Part shown: piece after piece, positions 1 to 13,910 of the stretch
Position numbering within the stretch: position 1 is the first letter of the stretch
Layout: each line of letters begins with the position of its first letter
Source: Octopus vulgaris
Taxonomy: Eukaryota
Assembly (NCBI GenBank): GCA_951406725.2
Contig: OX597839.1
Span: forward strand, 10,602,001-10,666,000
Length of the DNA stretch: 64,000 bases
Direction of reading: 5' to 3'
Made by a program: the position numbers and the translations under genes
The notes under the pieces: model-generated
Databases searched by the model: none
Seen by the model: the letters and a program-made list of their open reading frames with translations, nothing else
Told to the model about the DNA's origin: nothing

Positions 1-222
1 GTGAGTGGATTTGGTAGACGGAAACTGAAAGAAGCCCGTCCTATATATGCGCATATATGTATGTATACGACGAGTTTCTTTCGGTTTTCTTCTACAAAAC
101 CACTCACAAGTCTTTGGTTGGTTCGAGGCTACAGTAGAAGACATTTGCCCAAGATGCCAAGCAGTGGGACTAAACCCAGATATATGAGGTAGGGAAGCAA
201 AGTTCTTACCGCATAGCCACGC
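1..222. mobile_element. Two opposed fragments of tRNA-derived SINE family A (1-45 +, 65-222 -)
   Basis: GTGAGTGGATTTGGTAGACGGAAACTGAAAGAAGCCCGTC, followed by a diverged reverse-complement copy of the SINE A 5' half. Confidence 0.8.
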
Positions 223-277
223 TTAAGACTTGTATATACACACACACACACACACATGTATGTATATGAAATACTTT

Positions 278-557
278 TCTATGTCTATCCATCCTTCATC
301 AGTCTACTTATCTATCTGTCTGTCTGTCTTTCTGTCCGTCCGTCTGTCTGTCTGTCTGTCTATTTATCTATCTATCTATCTATCTATCTGTATGTCTGTC
401 TGTCTGTCTATTTATCTATCTATCTATCTATCCATCTATCTATCTGTCTATCTGTCTGTCCGTCTGTCCGTCCGGCCGTCCATCCGTCCGTCTGTCTGTC
501 AGTCTGTCTGTCTATCCATTTATCTACCCATCCATCCATCCATCCATCCATCCATCC

Positions 558-607
<50 letters not shown>

Positions 608-608
608 T
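278..608. repeat. Compound (TCTA)/(TCTG)/(TCCA) tetranucleotide microsatellite
   Basis: Direct reading; explains the SIYL/VCLS ORFs. Confidence 0.95.
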
Positions 609-1149
609 CAGTCAGCCGACATCTGTTCACCTTTATTTCTGTTATTTAACGTCCAAAGGGCAAAGTGTAACTCCTTCTGATATTCTCTAATCATCTCAAA
701 CTGACATGTGAAATCATCAATTTCTGTATATTATTTAATTACAGTTGTGATTGGTTGTGTGTAGTCGATCACACTGAAGGCAGAGCTGTGCTTAAACGCA
801 GCAACATGTAGTGTGTGTCTGCGATAGACACACATCAAACATAAGGAATGTACATAAGCCGTATATACACAGTGAACATTAGCATATGTAATGTACTCAT
901 CAGGGAACTCTTCATATAATTACTGCTGCATATGCCGTAATAAATTGCACGTTTACGCTTGCTAATGATCCACTTCATAGATGTGTGTGTGTGTATGTGT
1001 CTGTGAGCATTTGTCAAAAGTGTGTGTGTGTGTAAAGTACTTGGAATAAAGAATGACTGTAAGAGAATTCCAGGTGAGCTGATATGAAGATAGTGGAGCA
1101 GATAAACATGATTAGACTTCATACATGTAAATATATATGCATACACACA

Positions 1150-1376
1150 TATATATTTCTTTACTACCCACAAGGGGATAAACGTAGAGGGGATAAACAA
1201 AGGGATTAAGTCGATTATATCGACCCCAGTGCATAACTGGTAGTTTATCTTTCGACCCCGAAAGGATGAAAGGCAAAGTCGACCTCGGCGGAATTTGAAC
1301 TCAGAACGTAACGACAGACGAAATACGGCTATGCATTTTGCCTGGCGTGCTAACGGTTCTGCCAGCTCGCCGCCTT
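1150..1376 (-). mobile_element. SINE family B (MetaSINE-like central domain), full length
   Basis: Reverse complement GGCGGCGAGCTGGCAGAA...GAGGTCGACTTTGCCTTTCATCCTTTCGGGGTCG...GGTAGTAAAGAAATA. More than 10 copies in the window; the central block resembles the Meta domain as I recall it. Confidence 0.85.
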
Positions 1377-1379
1377 GAG

Positions 1380-1440
<61 letters not shown>

Positions 1441-1464
1441 CACAGACAGATAGAGAGACAGACT

Positions 1465-1516
<52 letters not shown>

Positions 1517-1519
1517 TAT

Positions 1520-1557
<38 letters not shown>

Positions 1558-1782
1558 ACAGACAGACAGACAGATCTGAATGCGTTCAAGCATATAGATA
1601 TTTATAAATACCCGTAGATAAATTTAAGCATTAAAAAAATGCCGAGTACTAAGAAGAGAATGTATAGTTTTTTAACTAGTCTACTGTTTCTGGAAGCTCG
1701 GAATTAGTTAATATCCGGTTGACAGAACTTCTCAATCTAAACTGGTTTTCGTTCGTGGAAGAGTTCTACTGACAGGTCTCGT

Positions 1783-2500
1783 GATTGGCTAAGGGAACGA
1801 GATTGGGCCTCAACTATGCGAACCTATTTATTCATTGACTATGTTGAGGCCTAAATATTCTCACCGTTTACGGGTTCTACTCATGAGCTATACAATCGGT
1901 ACATCGATGACTGTATCGGTTCCATTTCACTCTCCAGCGAACAGCAAAACACCTTCCTCTCTATCTTCTATACCTTCCACCTCACCCTTGAATTTCCCTG
2001 CTGTCTCCGACACCTCCGTTGACTTCCTCAGTATTTTCATCTCCCTTATTACTTCTATCTTCTACGCGCCAACGGACTCCCGCCCTTACCTCAACTTCAG
2101 TTCCTCTTACCTCACCGACACGAAACTGTCCATCTCTATTTTCATTTCCTTCGTCTCTGTCAACGCTATAATGAAAACCATGACTTCGTGACACAGTCCA
2201 ACTCTAAGTTTTCCCCTTCAACCACCAAAGATAGCACTAGACTGCAATCGAAACCGCTCTCGTCTGTGCTCAGTCAACTGACCACACTTCAGTTCTCTCT
2301 ACCCATGTCCGTCCCAGACTTACCCACCTCCGCTTTCTCCTTATCAACCTACCCTCCACGGTACCCTCCGACGTTCGTGCTTTCTACACACTCCAATCTC
2401 TTCCAGCAACTTCCCATATTTTCCTAAACACCCACTCCCTTCCTTCAAATTTGCCCGTAACTTACACAACTTACTGGTCTGTAGTAAAGTCCCCACTACC
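1783..2500 (+). pseudogene. Decayed Penelope-like element RT fragment (related to 54548-57350)
   Basis: AKGTRLGLNYANLF and YNRYIDDCIG motifs, colinear with 55403-55540; many frameshifts. Confidence 0.8.
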
Positions 2501-2679
2501 GGCACTCAATAATGACTCCGGAAAATCAATTAGGGTCATTGCCAAAAGACTTCAGGTAACCGTTTGATCCTTTGCAGGCAGTTACTTAACAAGGTTTAAA
2601 ACCCTCACAGACATGACATAATTTGGTTGTTCTCTGATGAGGAAATCTTCGACCAACACCATATATATATATATATATA

Positions 2680-2846
2680 TACGACGGGCTTCTTTCAGTT
2701 TCCGTCTACCAAATCCACTCATAAGGCTTTGGTCGGCCCGAGGCTATAGTAGAAGACACTTGCCCAAGGTGCCACATAGTGGGACTGAACCCGGAACCAT
2801 GTGGTTGGTAAGCAAGCTACTTACCACGCAGCCACTCTCTGCGCCT
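2680..2846 (-). mobile_element. SINE A 5' half
   Basis: Reverse complement of the A-box TGGCTGCGTGG / B-box GGTTCAGTCCC head up to GAAGCCCGTCG. Confidence 0.9.
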
Positions 2847-3264
2847 ATGTGCATATATTGTATGCATCTATATACTTATGTGTGAATATATATATGCATG
2901 TATATATGTTTATGTGTATATAGGTATATCTGTTATATATATGTGTGTGTGTGTGTGTAGATATGTATGTATATCTGTTTAAATATATATATATATACAT
3001 CTGTTTAATATATGCATGTGTGTGTATGTGTACTTATGTGCGTCTGTACGTACATATATGTTTGTGTATGTGTATATATTTACATGTGTGTGTATCTCTA
3101 TGTGTCTGCGTGTGTGTGTATGCATGCATACACACATATGCATATATATATGTCTCTACCTGTTTTCATAAGCTCATATATTTGTGTGTGTATGCATACG
3201 CATACATACCATACATGTACTCAGAATTGTATATATGTGTGTATGTAAGTATATATGTATGTTG

Positions 3265-3313
<49 letters not shown>

Positions 3314-3556
3314 TGCATGCTACTGTATGTATATATTTGTGCGCGTTTGCATGTGTGTGTGTATTTGCGTGTGCGAATCTATAAATCTATAAACACCTAC
3401 CGCTTCGTAAACATCCACATTGAACTGCAATAGACGGAAATTGCGACGGAAACTTAATTTATATTTATTATTTATTCAGCTATTTTTCTTAACGCATGGT
3501 TGGACATACGTACATACATACGCACACACACGCACACAGGCACTCAAACACGCACG

Positions 3557-3589
<33 letters not shown>

Positions 3590-4189
3590 ATATATATATA
3601 TGCATACAAACATACGTACATATATGCATGCATACATCACATATATACATATAGACATGCATATATACATACATATATGCATACATACATACAAACAAAC
3701 ATACATACATACATACATACATACATACATACATACATACATACATACATACATACATTCATACTGAAATACATACATATATAAGTGTATGTATATATGT
3801 GCGTGTGTATGTGTGTGTGTATGTATTCATATGTGTGTGTGAGTGTTCTTTTAATTACTTTATTTGGAGCGCGGCCATGTTGGGCAATGCCTTAAACAGT
3901 TTTCATTCGATCGCAAACACCACAGTAATAAGGTTTTCCTTTTTTAAGTCTGCTGCTTATTTCATCGATCTTTCAGTCGAACAGCTAGGTTAAGAAACAC
4001 GAACAGATACCACCATTTTTGAAACGGTTCACGTAATGGCAGACATCGAGACAGACACATAAACAAACACACACACATTGACACACTGACAAATACTAAT
4101 ATACACACACTTATACACATATACATGAGAAAGTAAGGAGGGATGTCAGGAAGGGCATTGCTGTTACACTTCCAGAAGGGAAGGGTCTT

Positions 4190-4575
4190 CCTTTGATTCT
4201 GACATGCAATGTCTGTGCAAGACCCTGCCTCAGTAAAGCTGGACTCATGAGTCATCTTCGTAGTCATAAAACGAGACAGATGAGTGACAACCTGGCCACT
4301 GGTGGTGGTGTAACACACCATACTAATCATATCTGTCGGGCATGTGGAAGAGAGTGTAATTCAGCAGGAGGACTTAAATGACATGCAAAGGTACATGAAG
4401 CCCAGTTACAACTACAGCCGGCTATTACCGGTAAAGGTTTTAGTTGCCAACTTTTGTACAAGACATTGTAGATCTTTAGTTGGGCTAAAAAGTCACATTC
4501 GATCACAGCACCAGTAACAGTTAAGCTTCGTGCAATGGCCATACTCGATAACGAGGGGGCAGCCATAATAATAAT
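4190..4575 (+). mobile_element. 3' end of an RTE-type LINE with C-terminal C2H2-like zinc fingers and (TAA)n tail
   Basis: CNVCARPCLSKAGLMSHLRSH, CRACGRECNSAGGLK*HAKVH and a third decayed finger; short 3'UTR ending GCAGCCATAATAATAAT. Confidence 0.65.
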
Positions 4576-4931
4576 ATGTATGTGTGAGTGTGTGCATGTG
4601 TGTGTATGCGTGTGCTTGTATGTTTGTATGTACATGTGTACGTAAGTATATATATGCATGTATAGATACAGACAGATATAGATATATATACACGCATAAT
4701 GGAGGGTGACCCTCTGATTTCGGTCTTCGTGAGGAGTTATGGGACTGTTCTTTGATTGCGCACTTAGTAAGTGCATAGTACCTCATTTCTGTGGACTGTA
4801 AAGAGATGATGACTTAGCTATCACATGCCAAATGAATTGCCGCGTGATGGAAAAATTTAGAAAGGATTTAACAGAAATGCTTAAGGGGTTTGATGTAAGC
4901 ATGACTATTGTGACCCCCTTCGGTCATGAAT

Positions 4932-5317
4932 ATCTTCATGAGACAGCATTCACCCGGGGTGGGTTGAGCTGGCTTCATTCATCCTCAATGCTGCATCTCT
5001 CACAAACGCCGACCAGGCCTGGCGATTTGAGGCTAACGACCACGTGATCTCCAACCACTCCTTATTCCAGCGGCGAACGTCGTAGACATGGGGGTCTAGG
5101 TTGGGTTCCAGATCAGCCTTGATTGTCATCAGCCAGGTTTTTCGTTGTCCACCACATCGCTTTCGCCAACCCTGAAGGGGAGCTGGGGCAATTGCTTCGT
5201 AGATGAATTCTCCTGGTTGATGACGGAGAGCATGGCCCAGCCAACGCAGACGTCTCGTTAGGATGACTTCTCGGAGGGAGGTGATTTTGCACTGGTCTCG
5301 CACCGAATTGTTGGAGA
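4932..5317 (-). mobile_element. 5'-truncated RTE-clade LINE 3' fragment with 7-bp TSD
   Basis: ILTRRLRWLGHALRH...GWRKRCGGQRKTW...LASNRQAWSAFV C-terminus; CATGAAT duplicated at 4925-4931 and 5318-5324. Confidence 0.88.
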
Positions 5318-5324
5318 CATGAAT

Positions 5325-5500
5325 GACCATGGGGTTGCACCTAGAAAGATACCTTCCGAGGCACAAGTCTGGGCAAGGTTGTTTATGGAAGACCAGCAGT
5401 CGCTCATGCATACCAACCTCTCCTCTCCACACCACCGATGTTATCCAAGGGAAAGGCAAAGGCCGATACAGCTTGGCACCAGTGACGTCGCAGCTCATTT
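5325..5500 (-). mobile_element. SINE family C 3' half (tail continues at 4910-4931)
   Basis: Colinear with the full copy at 22006-22343. Confidence 0.85.
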
Positions 5501-5599
5501 ATTAACGTGCAAGTGGCGGAGTATTGCACAGATACGTGTACCATATATATACGACGGGCTTCGACGTAGTTCTCGGGGAGATTCAGTATGACACAGATC

Positions 5600-5809
5600 C
5601 CTTTGAAATACAGGCACAACAGAAACAGGAGGAAAGAGTTAGAGAAAGCTGTGGTGAAAGAGTACAGCAGGGTTCACCACCACCCCCTGCCGTAGCCTCG
5701 TGGAGCTTTAGATGTTTTTGCTCAATAAACACTCACAATGTCCGGGCTGGGAACAACGATCCTGCGACCGCGAGTCCGCTGCCCAAACCACTGGGCCATT
5801 GCGCCTCCA
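5600..5809 (-). mobile_element. tRNA(Arg)-like SINE family D
   Basis: Head TGGAGGCGCAATGGCCCAGTGG...GGACTCGCGG; second copy at 8775-9048. Confidence 0.8.
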
Positions 5810-5947
5810 CAAGCATGACAATTAGTACCAACACAACAATGGCAATTTCCTTAGCGTAACACTAATCTTAAATACAAACAAGCACTGCTTCTGCAGAAAT
5901 GCATATGAGAACATAGAAAACACAAAAATTACAGCCACCCACAGTTT

Positions 5948-6130
5948 TCATTGGGGAGCTATCAGCTCGAAAAAAAAGTAAAGTCTCTGAGTCAACGTTT
6001 CACAGTGATATTCTAGAGAGGCGACGGCCAGTCTAATATTGCAGCTGCAGGGAATACTTTTGCAATAAACTAGTAAAGGAAGAAAGCCGCCACAGAAGCA
6101 CGAAAAGAAAGTCAACCTCGTTAACTCCAC
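5948..6130 (-). CDS. Candidate terminal coding exon of an unidentified minus-strand gene (tentative)
   Basis: Acceptor TTCACAG|G at 6131; phase-0 frame open for 60 codons, compatible with the phase-0 donor at 16922; no recognisable domain. Confidence 0.2.
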   Translation of the reverse strand: MELTRLTFFSCFCGGFLPLLVYCKSIPCSCNIRLAVASLEYHCETLTQRLYFFFELIAPQ

Positions 6131-6181
6131 CTGTGAATATGATTATTTTTATTAATATAGCGACTTACATGCTTGCATACA

Positions 6182-6261
<80 letters not shown>

Positions 6262-6262
<1 letters not shown>

Positions 6263-6640
6263 GGCGCAGGAGTGGCTGTGTGGTAAGCAGCTTGCTTACG
6301 AACCACATGGTTCCGGGTTCAGTCCCACTGCGTGGACACCTTGGGCAAGTGTCTTCTACTATAGTCTCGGGCCAACCAAAGCTTTGTGAGTGGATTTAGT
6401 AGACGGAAACTGAAAGAAGCCTGTCGTTTATATGTATATATATATGTGTGTGTGTGATTGTGTTCTGTGTTTGACAACCGATGCTGGTGTGTTTACGTCC
6501 CCGTACCTTAGCGGCAAAACAGAACGATTGAATAAGTACTAGGCTTACAAAGAACAAGTCCTGGGGTCGATTTGCTCGACTAAAGGCGGTGCTCCAGCAT
6601 GGCCACAGTCAAATGACTGAAACAAGTAAAAGAGTAAGAG
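6262..6640 (+). mobile_element. SINE A, full length
   Basis: GGCGCAGGAGTGGCTGTGTGG head, internal (TA)(TG) linker, tail GACTGAAACAAGTAAAAGAG. Confidence 0.92.
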
Positions 6641-6662
6641 GGTAAAAGGGTATATATATATG

Positions 6663-6696
<34 letters not shown>

Positions 6697-7325
6697 TACA
6701 TATATAGGTTGTTGTTCAAACGATGAATAGCCTTCGCGTAAACCAATTGGTTCGTTTTGTTCTCTTACTTTATTATTATTATCATCTTATAATCATCTCA
6801 TAATAATGATCTCTATGACTCGTATTACTACCTCAGTCAATCTAAATGTATATATTTGTCACTACCTGTTCATAAATAGCCTTTTTCTATCTGCAATATG
6901 CATTTTCGTTGATTTTTCATATTTTACCCATATATACATATATATATGTATGTATGTATATGTAAAAAAAATACAAACTGGGACAGGAAAGCAAAACATT
7001 TAGAAGACGATACAAAAAACACGGACGGGACATTCGAAGCCTTCAATCTTCAGTCAAGAACCGGATCATCTTCGCAATTTCGGCTGATTAATCTTGAATT
7101 ATTTTGATTGCTCCGATCTGGCCAACCCCCGCGCTATCAACCAGACAATTGGATGTTATAAATTGCTGGCTACAATGCACGTTTTAGTTTTCGGAAGATG
7201 CCACCCCATTGGTTAAGGGAGCAGACCAACATACCCCCTGACTGGAAGGTTAACTCGTCGCAGGGTTACGCATTTAAAGCTGAGTGAACTGGAGCAACGT
7301 GAAATGAAGTGTTTTGCTCAAGAAC

Positions 7326-7369
<44 letters not shown>

Positions 7370-7668
7370 CAGGGTGCGTAAGGTATTTGAGGACATACTT
7401 TATTTGGGGTCATTATCTATAGGTAAAAAAAATGGTTGAAAACCACTGATATAGACATTAGATAATGTGGGCCTGAGGAAAAGTGTGGAGTGGTCACTGC
7501 CGCAATACTTCTCATCTTGAGTTTGCCGCACACCACTGATCGCCCGACCAGCTAGAAATAGTAACCAAATCCTACACGAATCCTTCGATTAAAATATTTC
7601 AGCACCAGTACACGATCTCAGTTTGTTACAAAAATGAGAGTAATGAATATATATATAGTCATACACAA

Positions 7669-7704
<36 letters not shown>

Positions 7705-8019
7705 TACATGCATTACATACACATACATATCCACATATATCAATCTTTAAAAGAAATGTGGGATGCTTGTCTGTGTTTCCGTTATTTAATGATATCGTTT
7801 CCGGTTTGATGAATGGCTGAAAACATACACACATACTTACTAAACTGGATGAAAGAATGGAATATTAAAATAGAATATAAAAATACATGGATTCAGATAT
7901 ACGTGCATACGTACGTATATATATATATATATATATATATGCATATATATATATATATATAAAGTGAGATAGGGGTTGAAAAATATATATATATCCTCCT
8001 CTTATCTCTTTATCTTTCT

Positions 8020-8653
8020 TTGTCATCCCTCTCTTCCTGTTTTCAAATTGACCAAACTAATACACTCCCTATTTCTAGGTCAGTTTAAACACAAACCTCG
8101 AATCTACTACACTCTATATAAATTCCCTATTGGGAATGACCGACTTTAAGAGAATCTTACATTGCTTATAAACTTTACATCTGGATGGACTCATATTAAA
8201 CTCTGTTGGACTTTGGGATTTTACTCAAAGGATATTGGAATAATACACATATATACCATTATGCCTATTAAACGGATTTATGAACTCAATAACCATACAT
8301 AACTTCCATCTATTTTCTTTCCTCCACCTCACTCTCTATTTGTATCACATCGAAACTAACTATGACTTAATTTTCCTCTCACACCGTCTCCGATGAAGAG
8401 ATATTATTATTAATAAATAATCTAGAAACAGCTGTAAGACCTTCTATCTATAAATGCTCTAATATCTATACAGCCTTGGTTTTTTTTTTATCTCATTACG
8501 CAAAAAATTCCTATATACACACGCTGACATAGAACCAACGTTGAACCCTTTATTCGCAATATTACCGAATCTGGAACTTAACTATGGTCTGTCTGTAGCA
8601 CTTATTCAGCATTACCTGACACCTTTGCGTCTCAATGACACCATTATCTCTTT

Positions 8654-8670
<17 letters not shown>
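8020..8670 (+). mobile_element. Non-coding PLE terminal-repeat-like element with HHR (family also at 53570-53985)
   Basis: Shares CTCACACCGTCTCCGA..GAAG..ATA...CAGCCTTGGTTTTT..ATCTCATT with 53796-53970; flanked by (AT)n/(GT)n. Confidence 0.65.
8386..8440 (+). ncRNA. Minimal type I hammerhead-like motif (CCGATGA core variant)
   Basis: GTCT-CCGATGA-[AT-rich stem II]-GAAA-CAGCTG-TA-AGAC; stem I GTCT/AGAC; palindromic stem III. Confidence 0.6.
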
Positions 8671-8698
<28 letters not shown>

Positions 8699-8774
8699 AT
8701 ACATAAACACACACACATATATATATGAAAAGACATGTATATAAATATATACTATTATACGTTCATATTTCTTT

Positions 8775-9048
8775 TTTACGACCAGGCTATCAGATGTTGC
8801 TACACATCGCTGGTCACAATGCGCTTCACATTGTTTTAGCCTTCAAATGACGCCACCCCGCTGGCTAAGAGTGAGAGAAAGTTGTGGCAAAAGAGTACAG
8901 CAGGGATCTCCACCACCCACTGCCGGAAACTCATGGTGCTTTAGGTGTTTTAGCTCAATAAACACCCACAACGCCCGGTCTGGGAATCGAAACAGCAATC
9001 CTACGACCGCGATTCCGCTGCCCTAACCGCCGGGCCATTGCGCCTCCA
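8775..9048 (-). mobile_element. SINE D copy including 3' tail
   Basis: Same tRNA-like head as 5600-5809. Confidence 0.8.
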
Positions 9049-10800
9049 CATTATACATACATATATGCAGATATATATTTATCTACATACATACATACAT
9101 ACATACATACATACATACTTACACACACACACATACATACATACATACATACATACATACATACATACATACATACACACATGCATACATACATACATAC
9201 ATACACACATGCATACATGCAAACATACATACACACACACACATACGTACATACATACATACATACACACACACATACATACATACATACATACATACAT
9301 ACATACGCACACACATACATGCATACACATACATACATACATACATACATACACACATACATACACACACACACACATACTCACACGCACTCATAACCGT
9401 TAAGGTCGTAAATCCATTCCCATCCGTACATATATCCAGGCGTAGACACACACACAAGTCCTTGTATCAAAGAAAATATTTGATACAGAGAAATTGACAG
9501 CTTACTGGATATTAGTTTCTTTTAATACCATTATTTCAATTACACAGATACACTGAAGTATAACCGAGATAGAGACAGAGAAAAGATTGTGTTTGTTAAA
9601 TCGATAACAAGTGGAAGAGGATGATAGAAGAAATATTTGTAGGCATCTGTGCGTGTGAGTGGTGTAAGACTATGATAAACAAGGTGTGATTTGAGATAGA
9701 CGTTGCGGTTATTTCTAACAGCTCGCTCTACCACGTGTCGGTCCCCCCCCCTTTCAGTCATAAAGGCATTGTATTTTGAGGATGGCGTTGGAGTGTCCTA
9801 GAAGAGGGCGTATTGTAGACATTCTTTGGTGTGTCCGTTATCTTTTCTCTTATACCTTTTAATTGTTTCAGTCATGAGACTGCGGCCATGCTGGGGCACT
9901 GCCCAGAAGAATTTTCAGTCGAATGAATCAATCCCAGTACTTTCGTTTTTTTTTTGTTTTTTTGTTTTTTTTTTCTTAAACGTGGTACTTACTCTATCGG
10001 TCTTCGTTTGCCGAACTGCCAAGTCACATGGACATAAACTTACCAGCATCAGTTGTCAAGCTGTGGTAGGGGACGAAACAGACCCAAAAACACATGCACG
10101 CACTGACACAAACATACACACACACACATACGAGCACGTGTACGTGCGAACACACATGCAACAGGCTTCTTTCAGTTTGCGTCTACCAAATCTACTCACT
10201 AGGCTTACGGTCTGAGTTCAAGTTCTGCCTCGGTCGATTTCGCCTTTTAACCTTTCCGGATCGATAATCACTTGGATCAATGTAATCAATTTCCTACTTC
10301 TTCCAAATTCCAGTCCTTCTCCCATATTGTTATTAGATATCGCTTCTGTTAGCAACCAGATGTAGCTAGGGACTCAAGTCACATGTCAGTCTTCGGTTAG
10401 TTAAGCACTTCCTGGAGTTAAACAGGCCTTCAATCATTCCCATATGTCTCTTGATAATGGTTTCTTGGCAAGGGTTAATATTTTCAATCCTTATGATGTA
10501 TTACAAGATCCGCTCGCAATCGTTGGTTTTTCTTTACGAACAGTTTTCCCCATGTGTGTTTGTGAGTCTGCAAAGTATATTTTTCACATTAGAAGTGCAA
10601 CTGTAACAACTTAAGTATGTGCCTATTAAATAAATCTTGCATTAATGGTAGAAGACTAGTTAAAAGAAATTCTAGTCAGACTGAGAAGAAAGATCTGAGC
10701 AAGATTACGTTACGCTTTCTTTTCTGTGAGGTTGGGCGGGGTTAGACTTTAGTTTACAAGCTACCTTATCTCTAAAACCACTTTTTTTATCGCGTTATTG

Positions 10801-11084
10801 GGATCTTTTCGGTTTGAACGGCAGTTTTTTAAAAAATAATTTCCACGTAACTAAACATATTCATACGGCACAGAATGTTTTTTACCTCAATAGACGTCTT
10901 TGATTGGTTGAAATTGCAGAAATTGAAGAAAAAAATAACAAATATCTTACCAACTATAGAATTTTTTCAATAAAGCAAGAGAAAAAGATGTTTTATAAAC
11001 ACATTCTACCAGTATACGAAGTTTAAAATTTTTTAGTTACGTAGAAATTATTTTTAAAAACTGCCGTTCAAACCGAAAAGATCC
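10801..11084. mobile_element. MITE with ~50-bp TIRs (Merlin-like family, see 41024)
   Basis: GGATCTTTTCGGTTTGAACGGCAGTTTTT at the left end and its reverse complement at the right end; no clear TSD in this copy. Confidence 0.85.
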
Positions 11085-11276
11085 GTTTGTCATCATAATA
11101 CTGTTTTGTCCTAAAGTGCTGAAAAACTTGGATGATGTTGTACCTCGCAATATAGACTGAAGTTAACTGAAGTTTATTTATTTCTATGCAGTTGCACAGA
11201 GTATAAGCCAATAAGATACTGATACATGTGCGTATGTGTGTGTGCTTTTCTTTGTTTTCACATAAATATAGAGGTA

Positions 11277-11620
11277 CAGCTCAACTCAATGTTGTTTCGA
11301 GCCACGTTTTTTTCGACTTTGCGTGTTTCGGGATTTTATTATTTTTTTTTTTTAGAAATTAATGGAAACATAAACCTCAACCCTAGATGATTTATCTGAC
11401 CTTACAAGGGTCTCACCGAGCATATTTAGAAACATAAAAAATCTTTAAAATCACCTGAAAAATAATACCAAAGTGGAAAAACAAATAAAATACATGTGAA
11501 AATATGTACAAAGCATTTATTAAAACTGATATAAGCTACTAAATTTTTAAAACGATTTTTCGTGTTACGTCATTTTTCGAGTTACGTCACCTGTCTTGGA
11601 CATAAGTTGAGGTATGCCTG
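11277..11620. mobile_element. pogo/Tigger-like MITE remnant
   Basis: TA at both flanks; right TIR reverse complement CAGGCATACCTCAACT, left CAG-CTCAACT (internally deleted). Confidence 0.45.
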
Positions 11621-11747
11621 TACTTGTCAGTCTAGATGAACCTAATGACATACCTGTATATAGAGCGACAACTATTTTTGTGGACAGAATATTCTCAGAG
11701 ACTCTGAGAATACTCGATCTTGGATTGGATCCTACTGAGTGATATAT

Positions 11748-12150
11748 TTTACTCTTTTACTTGTTTCAGTCATTTGACTGCGGTCATGCTGGAGTACCGC
11801 CTTTAGTCGAGCAAATCGAACCCAGGACTTATTCTTTGTAAGCTTAGTACTTATTCTATCGGTCTCTTTTACCGAACCGCTAAGTTACGGAGACGTAAAC
11901 ACACCAGCATCGGTTGTTAAGCGATGTTGGGGGGGACAAACACAGACACACAAACACACACACACACAGATGTACATATACATATATTCGACGGGCTTCT
12001 TTCAGTTTCCGTCTACTAAATCCACTCAAGGCTTTGGTTGGTCCGAGGCTATAGTAGAAGACACTTTGCCCAAGATGCCAACCAGTGGGACTGAACCCGG
12101 AATCATCTGGTTGGTAAGCAAGCTACTTACCACACAGCCACTCCTGCGCC
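11748..12150 (-). mobile_element. SINE A, full length
   Basis: Reverse complement of the 6262-6640 consensus. Confidence 0.92.
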
Positions 12151-12380
12151 TGTTATGTATAATGAATTCACACAAGTCACACACGTGTGAGAGAGTGAAC
12201 GTGTGTATGTGTGCGCGCGCGCTTTGTCTTTTACGTTTTGACTGCAGCCATCCTGGGACATCACTTTGGAAAATTTACTTGAGCGAATCGAACCTAGTAC
12301 TTATTCTTCAAAGCCTGATACATATTCTATCGGCCTTTATTGCAGAAGCATTAAGGTACAGGAGCGTAAAAAAATTCCAG

Positions 12381-12514
12381 AGGCGTAGGAGTGGCTGTGT
12401 GGTAAGTAGCTTGCTTACGAAGCACATGGTTCCCGGTTCAGTTCCACTGCGTGGCACCTTCGGCAGGTATCTTGTGAGTGGATTTCGTAGACGGAAACTG
12501 AAAGAAGCCCGTCG

Positions 12515-12595
<81 letters not shown>

Positions 12596-12790
12596 TTGCC
12601 CCCCCCCCACATCGCTTGACAACCGATGCTGGTGTGTTTACGTCCCCGTAACTTAGCGGTTCGGCAAAAGAGACCGATAGAATAAGTACTAGGCTTCCAA
12701 AGAATAAGTCCTGGGGGGCGATTTGCTCGACTAAAAAGCAGTGCTCCAGCATGGCCACAGTCAAATGACTGAAACAAGCAAAAGAGAGTA
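12381..12790 (+). mobile_element. SINE A, near full length
   Basis: As above, with a small internal deletion. Confidence 0.92.
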
Positions 12791-13412
12791 CCCGTTGTTA
12801 AGTGGAACCCTGTACTCTTTCTAAAGCCTGGTACTGATTCTATCTGCCGCTTTTATCGAAGCGCTAAGTACGGAGACGCAAACAAACCAACACCGGTTGT
12901 CAAGCAGTAGTAGTGGAAGCACTAACACGAGCACAAAGATGCATAGACATAGATACAGTTTCCGTTTACCAGATCCGCTCACAAGACATTGGTCAGCCCT
13001 GGGGCTATGGCAGAAGACCCATGGAACTGAAATTGGGACCATATGGTTGGAAAGCAAATTTGTTACCACACAGCTCGCCACCGCCCAATGGTGTGTGAGT
13101 GTGTATGCACCAAAGTATGTATCGGAATCTCTCTAGAAATATTTCTTGTTAAGTGACCACTATTGATGGAGACGGAGGCTGTTCGGAAATAACAGACCGA
13201 ATGTCTTAATGCATGCAAAAGACAGCACTGGGAGTCGAAACCGATTCCTCTGCTTTACTCACAGGTAACGTAAATCCTCACGCATTCTCTCTCTCCCCCG
13301 ACAAAGACACACAAAGTTTTGTGTTCACACACACACACACACACACACAAGCACACACCTATACACACACAAATATACAACATGCATATATATATGTGTG
13401 CTTGTGCATGCT

Positions 13413-13910
<498 letters not shown>

